Of a DNA stretch of 64,000 bases, positions 26,515 through 38,934 are shown one piece after another. The first letter of the stretch is position 1, and each line of letters opens with the position of its first letter. Position numbers and translations under genes: made by a program. The notes beneath the pieces are model-generated. The model had not been told where the DNA came from. It searched no databases and was given only the letters and a program-made list of their open reading frames with translations. The stretch comes from Camelus ferus (Eukaryota): positions 5,210,001 through 5,274,000 of the forward strand of contig NC_045697.1 in the NCBI RefSeq assembly GCF_009834535.1. The letters run 5' to 3'.

Positions 26515-26846
26515 GCACCTTAAGCCACTGGCAGTGCTTTGATAGAAATTGGTGTTCCTTTTTATGTCCCCATCGTGTCTGCCCCACCCCTAAATTCCCC
26601 CCCCCGGGGGGGGGGCAGGGTTGATGGGAGGGATGTCTCTAACACAGCAAGAAAGCTCCCAGAGACAGCTGGAAGAAGTTGAGAAGATGGAGCCAGCCCC
26701 ATCCAGCTGAAGTTTCAAATTGCTAGGCCTCAGTTTGAGTCCTAGCAGGAGTCAGACAAGCCTCATTAACAGAACTGGTTCTACCACTTACAGGCTACGT
26801 GTGTCCCGCCCCGGAGTTCTCATCTGTTGAATGGGGAGGTTGATAC

Positions 26847-27384
26847 TGTAACAGAAAAGAACAAATCTGACTCCATATTAGATCTGTTCCTTTGGCTTTA
26901 ACCCTGTGCCCTGTTTTCTAGGCTTCCCCTTGCTGGTTCTGCACCTTTTGTACAAGAATGTTACCTTTAGCCTGAAATATGCAGGAGAGCCCCTTCTCAA
27001 GGCTCTGACCTTTAAGGTTATTAACACCTTTGCACTTATATAAAGATAATAAGTTGCAGAATAGAAAATAGCATTTGTTTTGTTAGAGGTTTTACAGGGG
27101 CAGCATGACCTGACCCACATGGACAGCTGCAAGAACAAAGGATTCTAAGAGCAAAGAATTCCTACACTAAGAAGTTTGCACCAACCAACCACACCCCTTC
27201 CCCTTTTTAGTATAAAAGGAGCCTAAATTCTGACTTGGGGAAGATGGTTCTCCAAGGCATTAGTCTGCCATTTTCTCAGTCTGCCAGCTTTACGAATAAA
27301 GTCACTATTCCTTGCCCCAGCCCCTCGTCTCCTGATTTATTGGCCTGTTGTGCTGCGAGCAGAACGAGTTTGGACTCAGTAACA
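26847..27384 (+). mobile_element. ERV1-class solo LTR (MER41-like), inserted in a MIR
   Basis: TGTAACA...TAACA termini, TATAAAA at about 27212, AATAAA at about 27295, 4-bp TSD atac/atat; MIR sequence continues on both sides. Family name tentative. Confidence 0.85.
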
Positions 27385-27825
27385 ATATTAACTCCTCAGC
27401 ATTGCTATAAGGATTATATCAAATAGTATTTATAAAAGCGGGCAACAGTGCCTGGCAGGGAACAAATGATCAATAAATACTCCTTGCTTTCCAGTCTGCA
27501 CACAGCATTGACTGGGTGGCCAGTCTACAGCAGGCAAGGTACTGAACCAAGATAAAGGAGACACAGCCCTTAGATCAAGAGGCAGGAGAAGGGATGGTGA
27601 GAGCTGTGAGTGCTAGGCCCTGTTCTGCCCAGATTTCATGCCACTTTGCCACTCCCTGGCAAGCTTAACCTCTGTTGGCCTCAGTTTGTCCATCTGTAAA
27701 ATGGGGATAATAATAGTATTTCTCCCTCTTGGGTCGTTATGAGGAACAAACCAATTGATGTTGGTGCCTGGAACATAATAAGCACAACACAGCTGTTATT
27801 TATCATCCTGAGTAATGAGCTATGG

Positions 27826-28245
27826 TGTAAATTGTACTATTTGCTCACAATTCTTCCTTCTCCCCCTGTCCTCAACATGGCTCACTGAGATGAGGGGGCA
27901 TCTCCTACTTTCCCACGATCAATGTGGAACTTGCCATAAGTTTTACTTTGGCCAATGGTCCATGGGAGGAGGTGATGTACAATGTGCCACGTGACAGCCT
28001 TAAGATGACACGTGTTTCAGCTCTCTCATCCTTTTGCTGTCTACCATGAGAAGAGCTGGCCCTCAGTAGCCTCTGTTCCTAGAGTGAGAGACCCAAGGAG
28101 TACACCTAAACCCACCTGTATCCCTAAGTAGAGCTACAAGTTCATAAGCAAGAAAAATACGGGTTCGTGTAAGCCACTGAGATTTGGGGGCAGGGGGTGG
28201 ATTGTTTCACAGCATCATCACAGAAAGAGCTGATGAATACATATA
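27826..28245 (+). mobile_element. Old MaLR LTR (MLT1I/J-like)
   Basis: tactttggccaatgg and gtaagccactgagatttgggg...ttgtttcacagca motifs. Confidence 0.6.
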
Positions 28246-28622
28246 TTAAATTAACAGTCCTGCATACAAAGACTATGAGTGTGATTCGTGCTGTGTTGAA
28301 GGGATCCCAGGAGGGTATGGGAACACAGGAGGCACTTGTCCCAGTCCTGAGTCAGGAACAGCACAGGGTACCCCAGAAAGCAGTCACAAGCATTTGTTCC
28401 TTCCCTTCCTCCTTTCTCAAACAACCACTTTCTGAATACTTACGGTGGACCAGGCTCTGAGCTGGGTGCTGGAGATGGACCCAACTATGAGTAAGTCAGA
28501 GTCAACTTTCACAAAGTTGATGTTTAGAAGGCTGGTACAGGACAAAGGCAATATTCACAGAGTGGGTCACACTTTGATTGGGGGTGGGAGAGTAAGCAGA
28601 GGTGTGAGGAAGGCCCCTGAAC

Positions 28623-29114
28623 TGTTACCAAGTCCAAGATGGTAATGCTCGCTGCACAACAGGCCAATAAGTTGAAAGATGAGTTGTTGGGGCAAGAAAT
28701 AAGGACGTTATTGGGAAAGCCAGCCAACCCAGAAGATGGTGGACTAGTGTCCCAAAGAACCATCTTCTCCAAGTTACGATTCAGCTTCTTTTATATTAAA
28801 AGGGGCGGGGGTGTGACTGGTTGCTGCAAACTTCTTGGTGCCAGAACCCTTTGCTTTTGCCACTGTCCAGTAGGTCGGGTCATGTTCCTATAACCTCCAG
28901 CAAGGCAAGTGTTATTCTCTGCCCCGCAACTTCTTCTGTCTATATGAATGGGAAAGTGCAATACCTTTAAAGGGCGGAGCCTTGAGAATGGGCTGTCCTG
29001 TATATTCCAGGTTCTAAGCAACATTCTTAACTTGCAGCAAAAGCAACAGAATACAAAGGTAAGTGTAAAAGAAACAGATTCAATATGGAGTCAGACTTGT
29101 TCTTCCCTATTATA
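28623..29114 (-). mobile_element. ERV1-class solo LTR, homologous to 26847-27384 and inverted relative to it
   Basis: Reverse complement aligns end to end with the first LTR (gaacaa.tctgactccatatt, tataaaag, aagatggttct, ttattggcctgttgtgc.gcgagca); perfect 4-bp TSD gaac/gaac. Confidence 0.85.
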
Positions 29115-29866
29115 GAACCACGCTCAACGAAATGCCCTGGAGAGAGATGGTGCATGAGCCGAGGAGAAATCAGCCAGGGACAGCTGGGCAAAGTCCCAAG
29201 GAGGAGAGAAAAGGGCGCCTGCAGAAGCCAGGGCTGCTGCAGGTCTTTGGAGCACAGTGACCCAGTACAGGGGTCGGCGCACGCGCGTGCGTAGGTGGGC
29301 ACTCTGTGTGCCAGGCTCTGGGCCAGCACTTTTGCAAGAGGCAGGACCCTCCAGGCAACCCCTTCCCTCATCCTTTCCCCATTTACAGATATTGCGCTTG
29401 GCCTGTTATTTCAAGTGCTTTTCATGGATCAAACCTCACAAGCAACCTGGCTGGTGGGCATGACCATCACCCTCTGTACTAAGGGAGACAAAAGCATAGG
29501 ATGGCTAAGCCAAGGCCAAATGTTTGCAAAGGGGTGAAGATTTAAATCCACAAATTAAACATATGTATTAGATCTGTAAGAAAGGACATAGGGAACAGTG
29601 GCTATTTCTGGCATTGTGAAATTCAGATCATTTTTATTTTATTTTTGAAGTATTTTTGTATTATTCTACATATTATTTTAGTACTCAGTAAAAACAATGA
29701 TAAATATCTTCATTTTGAAAAAAAAATCTGTGGATGCTGAACCACACCTGATTTTGTAAGGTGGGTTTCACAGTTCATCACTACGTTACTGTGATCATCC
29801 CCATTTTACAGATGGAGAGAAAAAGGCTCAGAGGGTCAAATGGCTTGTCCTTAATGTCACCATGGT

Positions 29867-30300
29867 TGTATCAGGTTCCTCTGGCTGCTGTAATAATTTA
29901 TCATGAACTTGGTGGTTTAAAGCAACAGGAATATATTTTCTCACTGTTCTGGAGGCCAGGAGTCCAAAATGAAGGTGTCTGCAGTAGGGATTCCCTCTGG
30001 AGGCTTTGAAGGATCAGTTCCAGACCTCTTCCAGCTTCTGGCCATTCCTTGTCATAGGGCTGAAGAAATTCAGTCCCTGCTACCGTCTTCACGTGGCCTT
30101 CTGTCTCCCCATGTCACCTCCTCCTCTGTCTCTTGTAAGGACACTCATTGGATTAGGACCCACCTGCACAACCCAGGATGATCTCATCTCAAGATCCTTA
30201 ACCACCTGCAAAGACTCTTTTTTCCAAATAAGATCACATTCAGTTTCTGGCCAGGGTTAGAACTTGGATGTATCTTACTGCGGGCCACCCTTCAACCATC
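29867..30300 (-). mobile_element. MaLR solo LTR (MLT1C/D-like)
   Basis: ggctgctgtaa...ggtggtttaaagcaacaggaa...ttctggaggccaggagtccaaaat...aaataagatcacattc. Confidence 0.75.
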
Positions 30301-30519
30301 GCAGTTACTCAGTAGCAAAACCGTCACCCTCCAGGCATGCGTGGACCCATCACGTGGCGCTGCTCCCTCCTTCTACCCTAGGTCTGTGTGCTGGGGTCTG
30401 TGTGCCGGGATCTGTGTGCCCCAAGGTCTTGTTCAGTACAGAGCTGATGCTCACAATTATTTACTGACAAAATGTTGAATGAGATGGTTGCAGATGAGTA
30501 GAAATGGAGGTTTGGGTGG

Positions 30520-31720
30520 GAAACACAAACAGAACTCCTTCTCCATTGCCACCAATCAGGCGTCTAAACTTTCAAGCGGGGTAGTCAGGGAAGCCTCACT
30601 GGGCAGACACCAGAGCAGAATGCGGAGGCAGCGGGGGAGTTGGCCGCCCGGATGCCTGGGGCGAAAGCCCCACAGGCAGCAGGGGCAGCCGGCATGGCAG
30701 CCCAGCGCAGCGGGCTTGCTCAGAGCTGCGCGGGGCCATGGAGACAGGAGAACGCGAGAGGAAGTGAGTATGGAGCAGGCGAAGCAGAGACGGGCGGTGA
30801 GCTCTCTCGGGCAGGGCCTGGGGGGCGACTGCAAAGCCTCGGGGCTTTAACCTGAATGAATGGGGACACACTGGAGGGCTTTGAACCGAGCAGTGGCATG
30901 ACTGCATGTTTTAAGAGGATCCCTGTCACTCTGTTGAGAATAAACTGAAGCAAGACAAAGTGCTAGCAGCAACACTGGTTTGGGGCTATCGCAATAATCA
31001 GGCAAGCGATGGCGGTGGTGCGGACTCAGCAGGGCACAGGTGGCAGGAAGAACTGGTCAGGTCCTGGACATATTTCAGCGGTAGAGTTCATGGGATTTCC
31101 TGACACGTTGGTTAAAGGAAAGGAAAAGAAGAGTCAAGGATGCCTTTGAGGTTTGGGCTTGAACAACTGGAAGGGAAAAGTTGACTTCAACCAAGTTGGG
31201 GAAAACTGTGGGCAGGATGGATCCCTGCCCTGGGGGGTGGAAGGTAGCAGGAGGGATGGGAGGGGAAGCGGGGAGATCTGCAGTCCTGTTTGGGACGTGT
31301 CTGCTGTGGCCGTTTACCAGACGGATGTGTCTGGGGTTTAGGGGAGAAGTTGAGACTGGAAATGTAAATTTGGGAATCCTGAGGGTATAAATAATGTTTA
31401 AAGCCCTGGAATTGGAGGAGATCATCTTGGAGATGCCAAGGAAGAAGGAGACACCAGAATCAAACCCCAGGGCCTCCAACCAAAAGGGACTGGAGAGATG
31501 GAGTGGCAGTCACCAGCGCAGAAGAGGAAACCAGAAGTCTGCAACATGCTGGGAGCCACGTGGAGGAGGCACCTGAGGAGCAGAAGGTGATCTACGGCAG
31601 CAAACAGAATACCTGCGTCGGAGGGCAGATGTGAGGATTAAGCAAGCTTATGTGGGGACAGCGAGTAGCGCAGCACCTGGCAGATTGGTAGCGATCGATC
31701 CATGTTTATTACTGGCCGTG
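30520..31720 (-). mobile_element. L2 LINE remnant
   Basis: ctggagggctttgaa, ttttaagaggatccctg, gagtcaaggatgcctttgaggtttggg and aaatttgggaatc motifs of antisense L2. Confidence 0.7.
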
Positions 31721-32484
31721 AGGACAACACAAGAAGTGGGCCTGATAGAAAGCTAGTTAGAAATAATGTTCGAACTGCTTCTGGCAAAAGGCTCCCTTGC
31801 TGTTGTTTAGTCCTTTGGTTATCATGCCCTGAGCTTGTGTTTTGTATCAGATGCTGGGCTTGGAGCACTAAGGAGACCAATTCGTAAAAAGCACACCACC
31901 ACCAGCTTGTATGATAAAAGGCTGCCCCAGGCACCCTGGGCCTTTATGATGGTTCTCTGTGTCTAGTCATCCACATAACGTCGTCATTGTTCCCAAGGAT
32001 TCTGTGATATATATAGCTCTAGATTTATGAGAGATGTAAGTGAATCTATATGCATAATTAAGAATAACATCTAGTACATAGGCTTGAAAAGCTAAGTACA
32101 AGTGTAAGTTCTCATTTCACATAGAGGGCTCAGTTCTTAACTGTTCCTACTTACAGCTCCATAAAATACCCTTTACAGAAGGAGACTTTCTAGATGTTGT
32201 TCAGGAAGCTTGAGACAGAGGACACTTCACTGGAATTTGTAATCAGACGTCCACTGCCAAAAAAAGACAGATGGGAACCCTATTTTCCTACTGGTGCCTG
32301 AGGGAGGGCCTCTTTGGTCAGGGGGGCAGGGTCACACATTTAATCTATCACCCTCCCGGGGCTGCTTTCCCTGCCAAGGCGCATTTTCAGCCAGGAAGCT
32401 CTCCAGGTGTAGAGAGGGAGGAGGGATGACAAGGGGATACCCGCCATTTCCCAATCTGGTCTCCCTAGCGGATGGCTGAGGGTG

Positions 32485-32960
32485 TGTTACCAAACACAAG
32501 TTTGGGTGCCTGACACACAGTGAGGCCAAACAAACTGAAACGTCGGAGTTTGGAGCAAAGAAAGGTTTACTGCAGGGCCGAGCAAGGAGAATGGTGGCTT
32601 GTGCACAAAAACCCCTGAACTCCCCAAAGGGTTTCAGCAAAGCATTTTTAAGGGCCAAGTGAGGGAGGGGTGCCCCAGGGCTTGTGATCAGCTGTGCACA
32701 ATTCTCTGGTGGGTTGACGCTGAGGTGACAGAGCGGGTGACATTATCAATCTTTAGACAACAGAAGGTCTAAGGGTTACACGCTCATGATCATCAGGTAG
32801 TTAATTTCTTCCATTTGGTGGTGGTTTTCGCATCTGAAAAACTCAGGAAATACACATCAGACACTATTATCTGGAAGTTTAATGGGGAGCTGCCGCAGTG
32901 GGAGGTATGGGGGGAAGGGTCCTGTCCTGGGAAGGTCCCGCAGGGGCCTGCTCAGTTGCA
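32485..32960 (-). mobile_element. ERV solo LTR of a different family
   Basis: TGTTAC...TTGCA termini, TSD ggtg/ggcg, antisense poly(A)-signal-like tttact and TATA-like tttttaag. Confidence 0.75.
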
Positions 32961-33871
32961 GGCGGGAGCCTCCAGAAACCCTCGTCATGCCTCTTCATGG
33001 CTGTAGGAATTGGTCACATGGTACTGGCACAATTGGACTGAATTATCCTGCAGTAAGTGCCCTCCTCTTCTACCTCCTGCAGAAGAGGTTGAACTTGGTT
33101 TCAACTGTGTTCTGGACAAAGCCAGTTCCAGGTCTTGGCCTCTCGCCTGGTTCACATACCGGTAAGGCTTTGTATGGCCTTCTAACCAAATGCAAAGTAA
33201 ATAAAGAAAATAAAAGCCATCTGCTTCTCTGCCCTGAGTGTATCTGGCTTTCCCAGAAGTTTGACCGTGGAAAGACCGTAGATGTCATGGTTTAAGGGTT
33301 CTCCTGTGACTCTGACAAGGGATTGAGTATATAACTCTGTGTCACGTCTCAAATCCCAAATACAGGCACAGAAAGAAGAACTGGGATTCTTTTTCTGACC
33401 TGAGTTTTTGTGAGTAGATTCTTGGGGCTGCTGGTCCCATCACAGAGAATGATTGAGCATTCACCAGACTTGCATTTGGAGCTATAAACTCTAGCGGCTG
33501 TAACCTTTAATTTTATGTAACACGATCATGCTGGAGAGGCTAATGTAATTCTCCGAGGCAGGGTATCTTCTGTGCCAAAATGTTTTTCAGAGTCTGCTAG
33601 ATCAGATTTTGTTAGCGTTTCTGTTAAGCCTATTTCATTTCAAACTTGATTCTGGTTCACTTAGAGTAAATACCGTCTGCTTGCACTCTCATTCAATATG
33701 TTCTGCTTGGCAGCATTGCACATTATAAAGAGAAAGATGATAGAGGCTGTTTTGTGGCACACCAAGATAAGGAATAGTTTGCACAGCCAGTTTGTTGTTG
33801 AAAATCATCTCATTCAGATAGCAAATGATCCCTCATGATTTAAAAAAATAGTAATTTCAAGAGTAACTTTT

Positions 33872-33977
33872 GGGGAAAGGTATAACTCAGTGAGAGTGCA
33901 TGCCTAGCATGCACAAGTTCCTGGGTTCAATCCCTGGTACCGCCATTAAAAAATAAATACATAAATAAAAATAAATT
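33872..33977 (+). mobile_element. tRNA-derived camelid SINE (vic-1 type, short tail)
   Basis: GGGGAAAGGTATAACTCAGTG...CTAGCATGCAC...GGGTTCAATCCC; TSD aagagtaactttt / aagagtaaccttt. Confidence 0.85.
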
Positions 33978-36249
33978 AAGAGTAACCTTTGATCATTAAG
34001 AGTCTGTGTGTGAGTGCGTGTGCACACCCTCACGCAAAATAAATGTCTGTCAAGTGCTAGTATTGTGGTATGTCTGCCCTTCTTGGCATGATAAAATTTC
34101 CCCAGAGGCATTTTTATAATTTGGAACTTGGTAGCCCAGTAATTCTGAGCTCCTCATTCTTACATTAAAACAACTTGCATAGTAGCTCCACGGTGACCTT
34201 AGACTGAGCGTTTGCAGGGACTTGCAGCAGTGCCACGGGGCAGGCGGGGTCAGGAGGAAGGCTCTGCAGCTGCCTCGCACAGCGTCTGCGGAGAGTGTTA
34301 CACTGTGTTCCCGCCTGGCTGACAGGGGTGCTTGGGGGCAGAAGAAAGTGGTCGTAGTGAGTGCTCTAAACTGGACTTGAACTTGTGTTTGTGGTGTTCG
34401 TGTGCGCGCGCACACGTGCCCACATGCACACACATTGGAGTGTTTCTATAGGGAGAGAGTTAAAGTCTTTCGTAGCTCCTTAAAGAGCTCCGTGGGGAGT
34501 TTATCTCTTACCCCAACAAAATGACTAACAACCACAGGTCTGTAAAACGGTCCGTATCAGGGAGAGTAAATCCTTCTCCTAGAAAGCAGAAGCCACGTGG
34601 AGGAGTAATAATCACGATCTACTAAAAGGCACCATGTATTGAGGTGGAAAGTGTATGGCAGAGGCGGGAAACAGGCCTTAAAAGTTCTGCTGCCGCTGCC
34701 TCTTCCGTGTCCTCGTCCCTCTCCAGGCCTCAAGTGTAACCCAGAGGAACGGAGGCACTGGGCTGCGTGGCAAAGGCCACGACTTGATCTTTGGGATTGA
34801 TTGGCCCCTTCTTTCTTTTTAAAAACAGAACATGCACACACCCAGTTTTAGCTGAGCACGTGGCTCCCCGGCTCAAGACTCCATTTCCCAGTTTCCTTTG
34901 CAGGTAGACATGACCATGTGACTAAGTTCCAGCCAATAGCATTGAGAAATGATGTGAATAATGACTGCACCCTCCCTTCCCCCTTCTGTAGGCTGTGATA
35001 CCAGCAGGAGAGTGTGAGCCAGCTTCCACCTTTTGGGCGGGGACGACATCCTAGGGAGGAACAGGAAAACCAGACAGAAGGAGCCCAGAACACCCTGCTG
35101 GCCTTGGATGGCGGCCTGCCCACCTCTGGACTATTAAGAGAGGATAATACGCTATCATAGTTAAGCACCATAGGTGTCCTAGTTTCTTTGGTTCAGCAGT
35201 TTAGCCCGTTATTTAACTCCTACAGACTGGATGTATCCCAAGGTCATCACCCTCCCTTACATCCAGAACAAATGGGCACTTAATAGATGGTCAGCAAAGT
35301 GAAAGAATGAATGAACAAATGAATGGGTTTAATGGGCATGTCAGGATTATTATAGGAGTGATTCATGAACCAGACTGACTGTGGATGAGAGCACGTCCAG
35401 GTATCCTTACAAAACTAAAATTCAACCCTGCTGTTTCTCAGAACGGAGGGTCACCTGGGAACACGGAGGTGACTGGCACTGTCTTAGCCAAGTGGCCTCC
35501 AAACAAAGGGTGGGGAGGGGAGGTCTAAGAGGGATCAAAGAGATGTAACACACACTCCTTCCCTTCATCCTCTCTCCTGCCTCTTTTCAGTTATTCATTC
35601 ATTCACTCAACAGCCATGTGCTTATTATGTGCCAGGCACCAGAGGGTATAGAGGTGGACAAGCCCACGTGCCAACCCTCACAAGCCAGTGAAGAAAAGGG
35701 AGCAATGGTAAATAAAAGCAGCGCAGTGGAAGCTGAAACAGGCTGAAACATGGTCACGTCTTAATCGTTGAATGTTCAGAGTCTTCCTGGACGTGGTCTC
35801 TAGAAGGGAACTATCTTTACCTCCAATGACTTCAACGGGATCAGGAGTTCCTGGTTTGCTTCGGGGAAGCTCACCCGTCAGAGCTAGTTCTCAGGGTCCT
35901 CGAGGCATCCTCCGTCTAGGCCCCCTTCCTTCGTCTGCAGAGTGATTGAGATTGATTAGCAATGAACCTGGGGATCCAGAACAGTCAAAGTTCCAGCCTG
36001 GGAATGCGAAGAGCTAGTTGAGGTCTGAACCACCATGGCTATGGGACCACTCACTCACTATTCAGCCACTCTGTTCAAACAAGCCATTTCCTTTTTCTTC
36101 ATTTATAAAATGCAGATCATTTTTCCTATCTTATAGCATTATTATGAACTTCAAATTTAAGTACCTAACAGCGTGTCTGCTGCTTACCGAGGGCCCAATC
36201 CACATGAATAGATGCTGGTTTGGTAGCATGAGAACTATTACTCTGGCCT

Positions 36250-36475
36250 GGTAGTTCTCGGTCAGGGGGCTCCCCACCCAGGGGCAATGTGGCAATGTCT
36301 GGAAACATTTTTAATTGTCATGACTGGGGTGAGGAGAAAGCAGTGCTTCTGGTATCTGGTGGGTAGAGAGCACGGAAGCTGCTACACATTCTACAGGGCA
36401 CAGGACAGCTCCCAAGAACAAAGAATTATCCTTCCCCAAATGTCCAAAGTGTCAATGCAGACAGACTCTGCTCTA
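36250..36475 (+). mobile_element. MER20 hAT-Charlie MITE
   Basis: ggcaatgtctggaaacattttt..ttgtcatgactgggg...gcacaggacagctccc..aacaaagaattatc..ccccaaatgtc matches MER20. Confidence 0.8.
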
Positions 36476-37512
36476 GTCCATCAAAATACCAACCTCAACA
36501 TGATGCGTTCAGACTCTCGCTAGAGAACGAGAGTATGCAGTTTAAATGCCACCCCTGCCTTGGTATTTCATATATAGTTATACAACAGCATTTCTGTGAC
36601 TGTCAGCTGGAATTTTGGAACTCTGCCTCAAAAATGGCAGCAGCACGAGCTTTACTTTTTTTCTGTCCATACGTGAATTGTCGCCGGCAGAACCTGATCC
36701 TGCTTTCTCAGGTCCACTTGATGCCTCATCGGGAAGCAGCACGCCTTCTGGTCTGGTCTGCAATTTTGGAGTTTATTTTCTCACTTCAGAGACACCTGGA
36801 CCCAATCCACGTGACCAGAACTGTAATCCAGAGCAGGGAGAAGGAGCAGGATGTTGATGACAATGATTACTAGTGTACATGGTGATGATTTTAGCATTTT
36901 TTTCAGCCAAAATTCATTGAACACCTACTACATTCTAGGCTCTCAGTGCTAAGTGCTGGGTATTCAGTGGGAAATAAAACATTGCCCTTAACTGCTTTCA
37001 GAGAGCTTTAGCATGTATTATTATATTGACACAAGTCTTTGAAATAGTCAGGAATGGTAGTTGTTAGAGGTGGGAAAGTTACACTTATAGACAAGTGCAT
37101 AATCAGGATTCTTAGTTGCAAAGAGCAGAATAAACCCTAGGTCATATAAGCTCAAAAGGAAAGTATTAAAGGATATTCATTAGCTTACACAATCCCTGGG
37201 ATGCCCAGAGAATTGAACAGGGTATGACACAGTCAGTAACCAAGTGATAACACTGAACAGGCTGCAGGCGCGATCTCATTGCTTCCAGGCACTGGCATTG
37301 GAGATACTGGACAGGAGATGCGATACTGCCACCACGTCCTCTCTTCTGAAGCCAAATCTCTTTTGTTGCATCTAATTGGTGGGATCTACGTCACATCCTT
37401 TGTCCTAGCTACAAGGGAAGCTGGGAAAATTGAATTCTGGTTCTCCATTGCAGAGGTAAGCAGGATTCACAAAGTGGAAATTTCCTTCCCTAAAAAAAAA
37501 GGACATTCAGAA

Positions 37513-38934
37513 CCCACAAACTTTTGGTCAACTAATCTTCGACAAAGGAGGCAAGAACATACAATGGAATAAAGACAGTCTCTTCAGCAAATGGTGTTGG
37601 GAGAACTGGACAGCAGCATGCAAATCAGTGAAGCTAGAACACTCCCTTACACCATACACAAAAATAAACTCAAAATGGATCAAAGACTTAAACATAAGAC
37701 AAGATAAAATAAACCTCCTGGAAGAAAATATAGGCAAAACATTATCTCACATATATCTCAGCAATGTTCTCCTAGGGCAGTCTACCCAAGCAATAGAAAT
37801 AAAAGCAGAATAAACAAATGGGACTTAATTAAACTTACAAGCTTTGGCACAGCAAAGGAAACCATAAGCAAAACAAACGACAGCCTATGGAATGGGAGAA
37901 GGTTTTTGCAAAAGATGAAACCGACAAAAGCTTGATCTCTAGAATATATAAGCAGCTCACACGACTTAAGAAGAAAACAAACAACCCAATCCAAAAATGG
38001 GCAGAAGACCTAAACAAGCAATTCTCCAAGGAAGAAATACAAATGATCAATGGGCATATGAAAAAATGTTCACTATCACTAATTATCAGAGAAATGCAAA
38101 TCAAAACTACAATGAGGTGTCACCTCACACCAGTCAGAATGGCCATCATTCAAAAGTCCACAAATGACAAATGCTGGGGAGGGTATGGAGAAAAGGAAAC
38201 CCTCCTACACTGCTGGTGGGAATGCAGTTTAGTGCAGCCACTGTGGAAAACAGTATGAAGATTCTTCAAAAGACTAGGAATAGACTTACCATATGACCCA
38301 GTAATCCTGCTCCTGGGCATATATCCAGGAGGAACCCTACTTCAAAATGACACCTGCACCCCAGTGTTCATAGCAGTGCTATTTACAATAGCCAAGTCAT
38401 GGAAACAGCCTAAATGTCCATTGACAGATGATCAGAAAAAGAAGATGTGGTGTATTTATACAATGGAATACTATTCAGCCATAAAAATGACAATATAACG
38501 CCATTTGCAGCAACATGGATGCTCCTGGAGAATGTCATTCTAAGTGAAGTAAGCCAGAAAGAGAAAGAAAAATACCATATGATATCACTCATATGTGGAA
38601 TCTAAAAAAAGAAGAAGAAGAAGACGACAAATTAACTTAAATATAAAACAGAAACAGACTCATAGATATAGAATACAAACTTGTGGTTGCCATCAGGGAG
38701 TGGGGTGGGAAGGGACAGACTGGGAGTCTGAAATTTGTAGATACTGACAGGTATGTATAGAATAGATAAACAAGATTATACTGTATAGCACAGGGAAATA
38801 TTAACAAGATCTGTGGTAGCTCACAGTGTAAAAGAATGTGACAGTGAATATATGTATATTCATGTATGACTGAAAAATTATGCTCTACACCAGAAATTGA
38901 CACAACATTGTAAACTGACTATAACTCATTTTTT
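37513..38934 (+). mobile_element. Young 5'-truncated L1 (about 1.4 kb, ORF2 C-terminus and 3' UTR), inserted in an old MaLR-like element
   Basis: Well-preserved ORF2p peptides ([53 protein letters not shown]); TSD aaaaaaggacattcagaa / aaaaaaggccattcaaaa. Confidence 0.95.

Larger units (their letters stand above)
24700..26520. promoter_or_regulatory. STK32B: CpG island / STK32B promoter and 5' leader
   Basis: Very GC-rich and CpG-dense, especially 25060-25760, with several GGGCGG/CCGCCC boxes, surrounding the first exon. Edges approximate. Confidence 0.9.

Noticed and set aside
26847..29114. Single provirus or DNA transposon with long terminal inverted repeats
   Set aside because: The LTRs are inverted with separate TSDs, and the spacer is MIR/MLT1/L2 sequence with no gag/pol or transposase.
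37513..38934. Active L1 / reverse transcriptase gene
   Set aside because: 5'-truncated, lacks the endonuclease and RT domains, and contains in-frame stops.
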